DNA of 63,754 nt, counting the filler, from Intoshia linei (Eukaryota > Animalia > Orthonectida), in NCBI GenBank assembly GCA_001642005.1. It is 7 parts of 7 records of this genome, joined end to end, with 100 filler letters (N's around TTAATTAATTAA, not from the genome) between each part and the next. Parts side by side here need not be neighbours in the genome. Positions count along the whole stretch, not along the records: positions 22,404 to 45,699 come from LWCA01000564.1; 6 more parts are not named here. One strand, written 5' to 3'. The position numbers were made by a program, and so were the translations under genes. Below the pieces are notes generated by a model, which ran no database searches, had not been told where the DNA came from, and was given only the letters and a program-made list of their open reading frames with translations. Of the stretch, positions 26,340-39,700 are shown in pieces. Numbering within the stretch: position 1 is the stretch's first letter; every line of letters starts with the position of its first letter.

Positions 26340-26675
26340 ATGGAACTGACATGGAATGTCCTATAATTGGACGAACAATGTTTAGAACTAGATTTCGGGA
26401 TATAAAAAGGAATTTACATTTTGTTGATAACAATCTGTCATCTTTTAACAAATAAAATGGCAAAAATCAAACCTTTATATGCTATGGTAAATGAAGTATT
26501 TATGAAATACGGAGTGTTTTAGTAACAGTATCAGTAATTCAGTTGTAACGTTTCTGGTGTAGAACCTATTGGAAAGGTCAAAAGATGGAGTAAAAAATAT
26601 AAAAAATTTCATTATATTATTATTCAACCCCATATCGTAAAATAATATAATCACGGAATGGGTGGTGTTGATAAT
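26340..26675 (+). mobile_element. piggyBac transposase remnant
   Basis: MFRTRFRDIKRNLHFVDN..KIKPLY; GVEPIGKVKRWSK..QPHIV*YNHGMGGVD with internal deletion and stops. Confidence 0.8.
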
Positions 26676-27409
26676 TGAAAGTTGAAAATTTTGAATTATA
26701 AAAAATAAATTGATTTATTTATTTCGTTTTTTATAGAATGCAATCTAAGAAATTGGTATAATTCCTTTTTTGCAAAATTATAACTAAAGATTTCTAATTT
26801 TTTAATAAACACTGAGATAATTTTGTTGCAGCATATCAATGTCAAATTATTTCCTACAAGGCAACATACTTACTACACAGATAATTAGTGTTAGATAACT
26901 TATATTATCAAACTCTTAATAAATTAATTATCATTCAATTTAATTCAATTTTTTTTTATTTTATAAAATTGAAAATTTAGTTTGTTGACAATTTGTGAAA
27001 AAAATTAAAAATATATATATTTTTTTTATATATCTTCGTATCGCCCATTAAAAAAGTCAAATCGCCCAGGTTGGGAAACACTGTTTTATACGAATAATTT
27101 GTATTTATTTTGTCATGTCAAAAACTTTATCACCCTAAATTTTAAATATTTTTTCTAAATATTTGTATACTAAAATTTTTACCATTTATAAGATTAGAGA
27201 TGTGTTCATTTCATAGATTTTTAATCTAAAATTGATCCATTTAAAATTTTTCTATTGAATAATCATCAAATCACCATACAATCTCATAAATATTATAATT
27301 TGATAAAAAAAATTTTAATATGGAATATATACAATAAAATTAAAGTTAGATAAGTTTTTTACGCATTATGCAGTGTTGCCAAAATTTGTATTTAACTAAC
27401 TTTCTAAGT

Positions 27410-28469
27410 TTAACTGTCATCCAGTAATAAACAAAACTATTGAACTAATACAGAATTTTTATTTCTGGCCTAACATGACACAAGATATAAAAAATTGGAT
27501 ACAAAAATGTGTTAAATGCAATACAGGGAAATCCGGAAGAAGGCATCGCACCAAACCTTTAAAAAAATATATAGTACGAAATTTGGTGAAAGATGGGAAG
27601 TAGATATATTAGGACCCTTGCCAACAACACATAATGAGAATAAATACATTCTAGTCATGGTAGACCACTTCAGTGGCTGGCCTGAAGCCATCCCATTACA
27701 AGAAATAACCGCGGAAAATGTGGCAAAGAATATTATAAGTAACATCATATCAAGGTATGGAGTACCTCACAGAATACAAACTGACTGTGGTACTCAATTC
27801 GAATCAAATATCATGAAAAATTTATCGCAATTATGTGGTTTCATAAAAACTAATTGTACACCATACAATCACAACAGCATGGTCATAGTGCAAAGGATGA
27901 TTCGCACAATACGTGACAAAATAAAAGTAAATTGTAATTCAGAAGTCAACGACTGGGACGAACAATTTTCAATGATTTTGGTCAGTATCCGCAACTCACC
28001 TACTGAAAAAAACAAAATGAGTCCAGCTGAGATCTTATTTCACAAAAAAATTCACTTGCCCATACACAACCTTAATGGCGCATTAACAAAATTTAACAAA
28101 AAAAAATTGATCAAAAACAAATATAATGAAAAGATGAAATATTATTATGCTAAAAAAGCCCTAAAAAGGGAATCTAGCTTTGTAAAAAACTTTGAAATAA
28201 ATAACCCACTCGTTAATAAAATTCAACTACGTTTCAGACTACGTAAAAACTTAAAATATCCAAAATATTTAGATGACTATCAAATACCTTTTCCAAAGGA
28301 AGGGAGTAGTAATAATATTACCAACATCACAGCTGAACCAGTAAATAAACTTAATCCTAGGAAACCAATCAGGCAACACCATTCTATTGTCAAATAAAAT
28401 TGAAGAAACTTAAATTATATTTTAACTATAAATAAATTTGTTTGAACTAATTGACTCAATATCTTTACA
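27410..28469 (+). mobile_element. Ty3/Gypsy integrase remnant with PPT and short 3' LTR
   Basis: FYFWPNMTQDIKNWIQKCVKC zinc-binding region; VDILGPLP, VDHFSGWPEAIPL, YGVPHRIQTDCGTQF; expected third acidic residue replaced (VQR); PPT AAGGAAGGGAG at ~28296-28306 followed by ~160 nt ending TTACA. Confidence 0.88.
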
Positions 28470-28738
28470 TATACAATAAATTTAATTTTCCAGGAATTAT
28501 AATTAAAATACACATTCTTTCAGTTGTTGGCATAAAAACTATCATTAATTTATGGAACTATTTCAGCAAAAACAACTATAGCTCGAAATATCTGATTTCA
28601 AAATGAGCGTTTTTAAATGAAGAATTTAAGTTTAAATCTGGCAGTGATAGATTTCATTATAAATTATAAAATACACTTTTTGTACTATGTATCTATAGGT
28701 TTCAATTTAAAAATTATCAAATAAATATTTTTCATATT

Positions 28739-31700
28739 ATGTTAAATTTTGAACAATTTATTGTTAAAGATTCTGAATGGTCTAAAATTATTGATAAATA
28801 CAGAAAAAAAGATGTAATCGACAATGTGTGCAATATTATATTGATTGGTTATTAAATATTCTATATTTCTTATGGACTTTTGTCTAGATTCTGTTCCGTT
28901 TAAATTTCAAATTCTTATTTCAATTATTATTAAACTATAATAGTAAAAATAAATAGCATCAAACAAAAAAACTCAAAATATTAATATTAAACAATTAATT
29001 GAGATGCTAAAATATATATAAAAATTTGTACATAGTTTTGATAGTTTTTATTTAATTTAAAAATTAAAATTTAAATTTTTTTTAAATTATGCAGTGATTG
29101 TCTTTGAAGACTATATTAGTAACGAATATGATGTAGGAAATATCTTATTCTACCAGTGCAATCCATTAGTAATGGGTTAAATTTTGAATTAGTAATAGTT
29201 CAATTGGTAACTTATTTGAAACTTATTTACCATGTAGGTAAACGTTTTTCTGGAAAAAAAACCATTCTAAATCGATTTAATTGTTCCAGACATTCTGATT
29301 ATAACTTTTTGATGGATTATTCTTATATTGACGACGATGGTGGTAATTTTAATGATGAATAGTTTTTATTGATAAATTTTAGCAAAGCTAAATTTTTACT
29401 CACTTCATTATGGTCCGCATTTAAAATCCATGATGAATCAATGCTTATCGACTAAAAATGGTTGCCATTCAATAATATTACCTATCGTACCTTTATCTCA
29501 GCCTTGGTTAATTATGGATGAAATTAAAGAAATTATAGACTGTGTAAATTTTTACGTAACCGAAGAATCCAAAAGTCAACAATTTAATGAAATGCTTAAA
29601 AACAATCGTAAGTTAAATAATGTAACATTTTACGTAATCTAAAGCATAGAAGTTCCAAAATTCCTGTCATTTAAATAGTTTTAACGCTCCGGGGAATTTT
29701 TGTAATGTTAAACTAACAGTTCCCGTGGCTTAATTATTTTTACATAACAAATTTATCAAATATATCTTAAATAGGGTGTCGACAAAAAATTTCACTCCTC
29801 GAAGCTCCGAGTCCAAAGTTACCCATTATAGTAATTTATATTATTTTACCATTACAGTATTATTATTTTAAATACGAGGATAAATCATTTCTGACGAAGC
29901 CAACGTGTTTTATATTGACAAGTTGTTTGGTTTGTATCTGAAATAGGAAAATATGGCACCCCTGAATATTGATAATGAACATTGAACAATGTTTTACATT
30001 TTTCCTTTATTTTTAGACCTTGGATATCTGTATTATTGCATACTTGATTTATCAGTATTTTTAGTCACTACTGCATTATATAATACAAAAAAAATGTTTG
30101 AATCTGATGCAACGTTTTCGGGACCACTTACAATGGAGTCAAGATGCTCTATCCCAATTATTGTGTGTATTACAAAGGTTATCCATTTTTAAAATTGTAA
30201 AGTTACAAAACCTTTGGAGTGTTTACCCACGTTTAATGAAAAATCTTATTAATTCTTACATTAAAATATTTTTTTGATTACATCGTTTTCTTTCTGTTAT
30301 TTGTTTGAGAACAATAACTGTAAAAATTATAATTTTTAATTTCAATCACGTAATGTAAATTTTAAACCCTAGTGATTATCATACCAAGAATGTCATTTTT
30401 TCATATAAGTTGGTCTTATTCATAATTTAACTATGACTTTTTTTATTTTTTCGCTACCTTTATTTTTAAAAACGCTGGCCCAGTTCACTTTGAACTAACA
30501 TACTTAGTAACTAACAATATTTTTAATTTTTAATGTAATTAATATAATCGTAAGCATAATTATAATGACAATATATCCATATAATAGTTAAATCTATAAA
30601 AATTGTATATCCAAAGATGGTTAAAAAGTAAGAGTTGTCAGAATAAAAATTTTGGTAAAAATAAAATACTATTTGATGGATCAATGAATGAAATGCATTC
30701 TGAAAAATATTTACTGTACTTTTTTGATAGGATTTATAATCAAACATGTATGTAGCAGATAAATATATTCCAGGTACAATTATTTGCCAAATAACGATTT
30801 CAATAAATAAAGGTTTCATTTGAAATGCCTTTTTCTTTTTTTGAGTAAATGGTAAAAAATACCACAGTGATCTAACTATTAGTGAGGCTGAAGGGATAAT
30901 CATTTTATAGATGGACATAAAATTATCCATATAAATTTTTAAATCGTCTTCAATTTTATAAATTGATATTCCAAAGAATGTTGATCCCCGTACTTTGATG
31001 TAATTTTGTTCAATGTTGCAGTTAATCTTTATTATAAATTGATATATACAAATTAATTTAATCAAGTTCATTATTCATTACATATCATACAATTCATTAT
31101 TAAAAATTATTTGCAGTTTTGTCAATTCGTTTTTATAAGATTATAGTTATTATCAGAGAGTGTCAAATATTTACTAAACATGAAACGCTATATTCATGAA
31201 TTTGTTTTCAATGCAATTTATGTTTGTTTGTACATTATATTTTATCAAAATGATGTTGACAAAATTCGTTTGTTGCAATCCACTCGCAACACTTTCTATT
31301 TTGATTTTTGCGTAATGAATTTTTGAAGACTCTGTACATTTTAATTTAAAAAATTAATCGGTTGAGAAAATTTTCGTAGTTGAACAGTCTCAAAATCAAA
31401 AACTTTGCAATGATTTGATAATAATATTTATTTTAATGCTATTTTTAATTTAGTGTGATGAAATGGATAAGGTTGAAAAAATGTACGATAATGATTTGAT
31501 TATAGAATATATTCAGAAAAATATTCGAGAATTATGTTTGAAATGTAATTTTTTTTCTGAAATACTAGGTTGACTGTTATGTACTACATTGTACATTGTA
31601 CAAAGTATAATGTATGTTCAACTTTTTTAAAAGTACTTTTTTGTACTGAATTTTTTCTCAGTTCTGTTTTTTACTCTCCTACCATTAATAAAATTTAATA

Positions 31701-34203
31701 ATATTTAATAAAAAATACCATTTGAAACCTAATTGACTTTTATCGATATTTTTTTGAAAAACACGATTTTACGAAATCTTATGAATAAAAACTTAATATT
31801 TCAACACTTTACTCGACTTTTAGCGATATTTTTTTGAAAAATCCTATTTTACCAAACCTGATGAGAAAGATCTACTTAATCGAACCACAAAATAAAAAAT
31901 AACATTTTACCAACCATTAAGCGAAAAATCCACTTAATCAAACGACAATATAAAAAATAAAATTTTACAAATCCTTAAGGGATTAATTTTTAAAACAAAG
32001 GGTAATTTGTGGTTTTGACCATTTATGCGTTTCTGAGGCTGAGATTAATGAAAATGTTAATGATTCTAAAACGCTGAATTTCGCTTATAAAATGATTTTA
32101 TTAAATTTTTAGGGTGATTTTTTAAATAAAAGGGGAAATTTGGTTTTTTACCATGAAGAACTTAAATTCTGAAACTAAAAAATAGATAAAAACACGATCT
32201 GGGAAAAAATGTATTAGAAATTAGGTTTTTTAAATCCGACGAGTGTCAATTTTTTCAATAAATGGTTACACAGTGTGTAACATTTATATATATTTTTTTT
32301 GTGTGTAATACACACATATACAAACACACCTACATTAATTTATATATAAATCCTTACTTATATAAAGTAAAAACGTTAAAAATGTATGCCTGTTTATTTA
32401 TTTGTTTCTTCCAGTTTATTAAAGAAAGTAAGCGGAGTCGAGTTTTACAAATTCCATATTCTTATAAACGTTTTTCTAGAGTGTTTTATCACAAATTTCA
32501 ATTTCAGAAATGGAGTCCTTCAAGGTTAAAAACCTGAATTGTCTTTTGTTTTTAACTTAAACCCCGTTCTAGAATTATAAAAATTACACATTCTAATGAA
32601 AAGTAATAAATTTATCAATATTATGATAATTTTCAATTTTAAAATCTTATATCCTCACGACTAAACCAAATTTACCCTTTTCTGTAAAATTTAAGAAAGT
32701 TTTATAATTTTATACAAATACATTCTGGAATGGTTTTTAAATTCATGAGCATTATCATAAATGTTAACCTCAAAAAAGGTAATTTTCACGGTCAAAAACC
32801 CAGATTACCATTTTTTTTAAAAATGAAACAGCCTTAGAATTTAAAAAAAATTAATGATGATACAGTTATATCCAGTTAGCACAGACAAAAAATTTTAATC
32901 GGATTAAGCTTTGATGGTCAAAAAATTGGAAATAATTAACGGTCGTAGAATGAAAAAAAAGATTATTTTAATAGAGCTTATTCCAGTTGATATAAATACA
33001 AAATTTTAACCCTAGAAATTTACGCAATGATTTAAAAATAATTTTTAATATATTATCAGCCAATATTTTTCAAATCTTGGATTAAAATTAACAATGAAAA
33101 ATTATTAAAATGCTTTTTTGACCGTGAAGGCATCAATTTATCAGATTGCAATTTTTTATGTATGTCAACAGAATATAACTGTATCATCGCTAACTTTTTT
33201 AAAATTCTAGGGCTGTTTTCATTTTAAAAAAAAAGGGTAATCTGTGGTTTTGATTGTGGAAATAAATTTTTTTGAGGTTGTCACTTATGATAATGCTCAT
33301 GATTTTAAAATCTATCCCAGAATATATGTTGTATACAATTATAAGACTTTTGTGGTTTTTATTGAAAAGGAAAAATAGGGATTTTGGTCGAGAAGATATA
33401 TAAGATTTTGAAATTGAAAATTATCATAATATTGTCAAAATTTAAATAAAATTAAAGAAATTATATTATTAGACTCAACTGGTGTAATATTTTTATCTCC
33501 AAAAACTTCAAATTCAACTAATTGTGATTTATTGTTGAAATATCTGAAACGATTGGCAGGGTTTATAAAAGAAGACGAATATAAGATATCAGCAAATTTT
33601 TATGAGAAGGATGGCTTATTTATGTATAATTTAATTATTTATGTTTTTAATTGATTGTTATTTTTACACTGAAAATGTATATATTTTTGTATGCATTTAA
33701 CTTTTAGACCATTTGCTTGGGATAATCTTGAAAATATAAAAATTTGCAACGATCAAATATCCCAATATATTGATTTGAATAGCAATTACAATGAGATTGT
33801 ATCTGTAAAAAACGAAAAAAGTGTTGAGCAAGACAATATAATTGTAGATTTAGCACACGAAAATAATCAATTTTTAAAATCAATTAAACGTATATTGCAA
33901 GAAAATAAACACGATGTATCGGAACGAAAGGTCGAAAAGGTATGTTAATTTAAATTTAATTTAATTTTTTTAAAATTTAATTATGATATAGGAAACATTG
34001 ACTGGAACAGTTCACGCATACGAAGAAGCCAAACTCTCTTCAGAAAATAATTCAGATGAACCTCTATCTGTATCAAATGACGGAACGCTCAGTTCTTTTT
34101 TCCAAAGTCTCTTATTTAAAAATGGAAAAAGTAATTTTTAATTTTTTTTACTTTGTTTTAATCGATTAGTATTTTATTATAACATTTAGAAAATTTGGAA
34201 TGA
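28739..34203 (+). CDS. DYNC1LI: Cytoplasmic dynein 1 light intermediate chain (divergent), multi-exon
   Basis: EWSKII..NIILIG|KRFSGKKTIL; LSQPWLIMD; IPIIVCITK|CD..EYIQKNIRELCLK|Y; EKDGLFI|PFAWDN; C-terminal helix GTLSSFFQSLL. Confidence 0.88.
30523..31071 (-). CDS. Hypothetical 182-aa membrane protein nested antisense in the dynein LIC intron
   Basis: 549-nt intronless ORF in very AT-rich DNA; signal-peptide-like N terminus and 3-4 hydrophobic segments; lies wholly within intron 30178-31453. Confidence 0.6.
   Translation of the reverse strand: MNLIKLICIYQFIIKINCNIEQNYIKVRGSTFFGISIYKIEDDLKIYMDNFMSIYKMIIPSASLIVRSLWYFLPFTQKKKKAFQMKPLFIEIVIWQIIVPGIYLSATYMFDYKSYQKSTVNIFQNAFHSLIHQIVFYFYQNFYSDNSYFLTIFGYTIFIDLTIIWIYCHYNYAYDYINYIKN
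31565..32349 (-). mobile_element. Helitron-like element carrying the 29-bp repeat block
   Basis: On the minus strand it ends ..CAGTCAACCTAG|T at 31565; 5' module near 32349; degenerate 29-bp units at 31720-31980. Confidence 0.7.
32351..33435. mobile_element. Helitron-like copy (+) followed by an inverted partial copy (-)
   Basis: A|TCCTTACTTATATAA at 32350; ~32615-32900 is approximately the reverse complement of ~33140-33435. Confidence 0.72.
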
Positions 34204-34318
34204 ATACTCCCTGTAAAATGAGACAAAATGTGATTTCACTTATTTCTTGTTTTATTTTATATAAATAAAAACTTGGACTATAATTATTTTTATTTTCTAC
34301 TAACTTTCATACAATTTA

Positions 34319-35273
34319 ATGTTTTGCAAGGATTTCCCCGATTGGGCAAAAATATGTTTAGAACAAACCGAAAACGTATATTTTTGGAATAGATTTAGAA
34401 TTAGAAATTACATTCAATTTCCTATTGACAAAGTGGCGTGCATTAAAATGGAACCTATTCCAATCAATTCATATACTATTACAGGTATTTTTTCAATGAA
34501 ACTACATTTTTTAGCGATCAAACCAGTTTTTCCACTAACACCAAGTAAAAAGTTTTTGATTGAGTATTGGTAAATTGGAATACTATAAAATAAAATATTT
34601 TGCTATTAATAGATAAAGAGCGGCGCCATTGTGTGACGTAGATATTATCGAAGACTCATTGGTATAATAATTTAGGTAACCAAGGATACGGCCACGGCGT
34701 TGGTCAATAACTATCTTATAATGGTGCATGAATAATTAAAATTTAAATTAGTGGCCAAACTAAACTTAATAACAATTATAATTAATTTAATACATTTTTA
34801 GCATGCATGGGAAGCGATTCTATTGTTTCAGGGAAGCATGTGTTTAAAATAGAAATGTCTGATATTAAAGGAATAAAATCAAATCAAAAAAAGATTTCAA
34901 TTGGATTTGGTTCTTTCAACAGTATAATTAACGATAAGAAGGAGTGCAAATTGGCTGGAGATGGCAGTAACAGCTTCGGAAAAATGTTACTACCCAAATT
35001 TGGAATGAAATTAATGAATTAAACATAGTAGAGTGTCAAACAAAAAAAATAAACATTTATTTGTTGATTGAAATCAATAAAGATGAAATATCTTTTGGAG
35101 TAAATAATGTTTATTTAAATAATGTCTTTGAAAATCAACTATCAATTATGAACAGTAAGAAGAGTATTGAATCCAATATAATTGAAAATTTACCAGTCTA
35201 TCTTCAATTCAGTCTTCTGTCTAAAAATGGAAACTTTCAATGCTCAATGTCTATACACCACTACAGTAATTAA
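34319..35273 (+). CDS. SPRY/B30.2-domain protein (exon structure uncertain; apparent frameshift)
   Basis: ACMGSDSIVSGKHVFKIEM..ISIGF..AGDGSNSF and INIYLLIEINKDEISFGVNNVYLNNVFEN..LPVYLQFSL follow SPRY motif order; frame change near 34975-34985. Confidence 0.5.
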
Positions 35274-35334
35274 TAATGCACCCTAGTATTAAATAATTTT
35301 TCATTTTTAAATTTCACAAATAAATAAAATTTTA

Positions 35335-35901
35335 TTAATTTTTATTTTGGGGTAAATTTAACATTGGACGACAAATTTCAGAGGTTTGGTCATGTTTTCT
35401 GCAGCATTCGATAAATTGATCTATAATTTGTATGCATTCTTTTTCTTGGTATTGGTTTTCTAAATGAATTATACGTCAAGATTTTTATATACATATATTT
35501 GATTATCATTTTACTTAAAGAGGGGATTATGTTGTCAACATACGCTTATATTTAGGATATTATTAAGTTAATAGCTATATATAGTCGAAAAATTAATTTA
35601 TCACAGTAATTTACATTTTAAGTCATTTTATGTATTACTGATTTAATCATTGATTTCAGTGTAGACGTAAAATTTTCAAAAAGTAAGCCTTAGTTACGAA
35701 GTTATACCTAAGTGATTTAAATTTCTAAGTGAATATGTTGTAGCTTTAAAACTTAAAATTGTTCATGTTGATAACGAAAAAAACAAAAATGTTACCTTTT
35801 AAACATTTTTGTAGCATACAGGTATACTTTTTGCATTTACTAACTTTTTTCTAAACAAAAATGGCAAAAAAATAAACTTTCAAAACTTTATCATTGTCCA
35901 T
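35335..35901 (-). CDS. CMC4: Cx9C-motif protein CMC4 (p8-MTCP1), 3 exons, ~64 aa
   Basis: MDNDK|KKVSKCKKYTCMLQKCLK|ENQYQEKECIQIIDQFIECCRKHDQTSEICRPMLNLPQNKN*; cysteine spacing matches CMC4; absent from the ORF track. Confidence 0.85.
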
Positions 35902-36109
35902 AAAAATTGTATAATTTCTGTAAGCCTTAAAGAAATTATTTTACAATTTTAATCAGATACTACAATATATAATTTATTTTTAAAGTTCAGTAAAAATAAA
36001 ATGTCAACACCATGGAGTTACAAATTAACCCATGATTATGCAATTTTTTAATAAAAATTGAGAATATTCTTAAACCCAACCATTTTTACTTAAATCTAAC
36101 CAATTATTT

Positions 36110-36290
36110 ATTTTTACCAAATATCAAAATTTACCAAGATTTAAGAGAAAAATTCACTTTTACAAACCCCTAAGGAAAAATCCCCATTTTATCAACCCTT
36201 ATGGGAAAACTCACTTTTACCAACCTTTAATGGAAAAATTCGATTTTAAAAGCCTTTTAGGGGAAAATCCTAATTTTACCAACCCTAAAA
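36110..36290 (-). repeat. Inverted copy of the 28-30 bp tandem array
   Basis: Reverse complement of the 544-725 units (ttttaccaacc..gggaaaa). Confidence 0.85.
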
Positions 36291-36783
36291 AATGATGCCC
36301 CAATCCGAGGTCCGACTGTATCATGTTGATCAATAAAATTTCAGCCTCATTCAGATGTTCTAAAAATTTTATTTTGTTGTGCAGTGTCTATATTATTGTA
36401 AAAGAAAAATCTTGAAGTTACACATATTGAAATCGAATCGAATTGAATATCGAATTGAAATTTATCATAATGTTGATGATTTTAAAATCCTTATCAGATT
36501 GTGAATTTCTTATAATTCTAGGACTCGTTTGAATTTAAAAAAAGGATAATTAGGGGTTTTGACGTTGAAGAACTCAATTTCTGAAAATGAAATTTGCAAT
36601 AAAACATCACTCTCGATAAACTGTCAAAAACTGTGATAGTAATATGGAACTTTTAAAATTCCATTTTTCTTACTTTCTTAGATAAACTGGAACAAATAAA
36701 TAAAAAAACATACATTTTAACTAATTACTTTATATAAATAAGGATTTATATGTAAATAATATTGAACAAATTCGAACAGATTT

Positions 36784-39700
36784 TTAGTCATGAAAACTAT
36801 CTTGAATGCGCTGTGACTCTGTGACGAGATATACTAAGTTATTTGTAGATATGGCTTTTTTGATAAAGTCATAATTTAATAGCTTCTTTGCTGAGGGTCT
36901 TTCAAATTGGTCCACTGATAAACAAGAATTGATAAAATTTTTTAACGAAGGAGATATATCTTTGGTAGTTGGTTTAGGAGTTCCGTTTGATGCAATTAAA
37001 AATAGGGCCTAAATAACATTATGTACAAATTATGTAAAAAATAGTAATTTAAATTGTTATAGACATATTTTATACATGACTAGGTTGACTGTTATGTACT
37101 AGGTACAAATAGCACCTATCTCTGCCGAGGGCACATTTTTATTCTACCAAAAAAATAAATTCACATTGAAAATCTAACTTAAAAATCCTACTATTCATTA
37201 TTATCAATCATTTAAAGGAGTGGTTCCCAAACTTGTTTCAGGTGGAACCATTATGTCACATTACTTTTTTCTTTAAAGTGAATTATTCCATCTTAATTTT
37301 ATTTTGTTAATATTTACGTTTGATTTTAAAAAAAAGAAAAATTGGGCTTTTTGACCCGTAAGATATGAGTTTGGGAGGTTGACATCTATTTTGATAACAC
37401 CCCTCAAAAAAACTGTAATTGAAATGTGGACTTAATAAAATTATAAGACTGTTAGTTATTAAAATAAACGTTAACACACACACAAACAAATATTGCATAG
37501 AATATTATATAAGTAAAGATGTACATCTGATATTATATCAGGCAATCTAAAATTTTGGAAAACCACAATTTAAACATACTTTAATGGAATGATTACTCGA
37601 ATCGGGTTTTCGTTGATGTACGGCGGTACACTATCAACCATTTCAATCATTAGTATTCCCATACTCCATATATCAATTTTTGATCCGTAATGACTCCTAT
37701 ATTTAGTATTTTTAAATAAGTATGTTAAAAAGTGTACAAATTGGTAGTATGATTAAATTTCATTAAAATTTTTCTTTCTGACTAGATGAACTAATATAGT
37801 TGACTGGCATTTTTTTACACAATTTAAATTCTCAATTTAAAGTTAAATATTTGTGCGAGATTGATAGTATTTTTAATTTTATTAACGGTGCTTCCTAAGT
37901 GGGAGTCCGTTACAGTGTACAGTGTACACAGTACATAAATTATAATATACGTAAGAAGAAAAAAATTTACATAGTAATAAATTCCGGTGCCATCCAATAC
38001 GGTGTGCCTAAATACATTCATTACAAACTTACTTATCAATTGTATAATTTTAGACCTGTATGTCATGAACACGCAAATTTTTTCATAAAGTTTACATGTT
38101 GAACAATCAAATATAGAATTAAATATTATATATATAATTGTAATAAATATATAATAAACAGACATTCCTCACTTTAACTAATTCTTTGATATGCTGTTTA
38201 ATTAACCATTAAGAAGTCATTACATAAAGTAAATATAAGAAACTGTGGCTAAAGTTTTCCCGAATCAGAGAAATCAAACAAAATGATCACTTTACTGGTA
38301 TTTTTAATTGTTGCGTTAATGGAGAAGGTTCTTAAGTGAGATATGCCTGTAGACTCGTTTACCTATTAAAGTAGATCTAAACAAGTTATTTTGATTTAAA
38401 GTTGCACAAAATCCGAAATCAGCTAATAAAATATGTAACTTCAATAATAAAATAAATAAATTATAAATTTAACTAATCTTGACTTTTCCACTTTGATCCA
38501 ATAAAACGTTATCACTCTTGATATCTCTAAAATAAAAAAAATTACAAGTAAAATAATCTATTATACTGAAAATACATTCAACAAAACCTTTTTGAAATTT
38601 TATAATAGTATTTATCATCATTTAAAGTTTAAACGATTAAACAAAAAAATAATGAAAATTATTAACCATATTCCTTCCTGGTGTAGAAAATTAATCACCT
38701 ATGGATGATTCTTGATTCGTGTAAAAAATTGAGTCCATTTAAAATCTATATTATTAGAATATAAATTCTTAAATATAATTGAACAGCATATAAATGTGAT
38801 AAAATAATTACTTCTTGTGTAATGGTGGCTATAATAGGTTCGGCCATGACTAAAGTACTTACAATAGTGGTCAACGTTCCTCCACTCAGATATTCCATTG
38901 CTATCTACAATATATGCTTAAGTATTACTTGTATATAATATTTGTCAAGAAAAATATCTTACTAGCAATTCATCTTGAACACGAAAACTGTCGACAAAAT
39001 TGACAATATTGGGATGTTGTAAATTTTTAAGAAGATTTATTTCATTTATAATGAGATGCCGTTTTGATTGTTTGCTCAATATCATTTTTTTTATAGCTAC
39101 AACATTTCCGCTTGCATCACTAGCAGTATAAACCAACCCTGAAGCACTATAGCATATGGTATTAATAGTTACGTTATATACTAATGCATAGACATCATAA
39201 TTTGATTCTTACCCTTGTCCAACAATTTCCTTTTGCTGGTATATGTCATTAGCATTCATTGGATTAACCATTTTATCAATTGTTTTTATCATTGTTTCAT
39301 AGTCCATTACTTCACTATTTTGGTGCGAGCTATTGATTCGTTCTGATATTACTTGTTTTAATTTGTTCAATCCCTAAAAATGAATTAATGAAAATTGAAT
39401 TTAACATAAAAATTTGTTTATGTTTGAATGAGTGAGTAATAAGTGTTAAATATTTAATAATTTTAGATTGATGTAGAAATGAAAGCACATTACAAAATAT
39501 TTTAATGTAAATGGAGATACATTGTATTTACATCCAAATATTGATTATTTAATAAATTTTTCAAATTATTATTGAAGAATTAACAGAATTAGAATTTGAA
39601 TACCCTAATTAAAATTTTATATTGAAATTATAAAAGTTTATGTTGTACGGATTACAAATTGCAGTCTAAAATAACTAAATGTACATATCTCCGTGGTACA

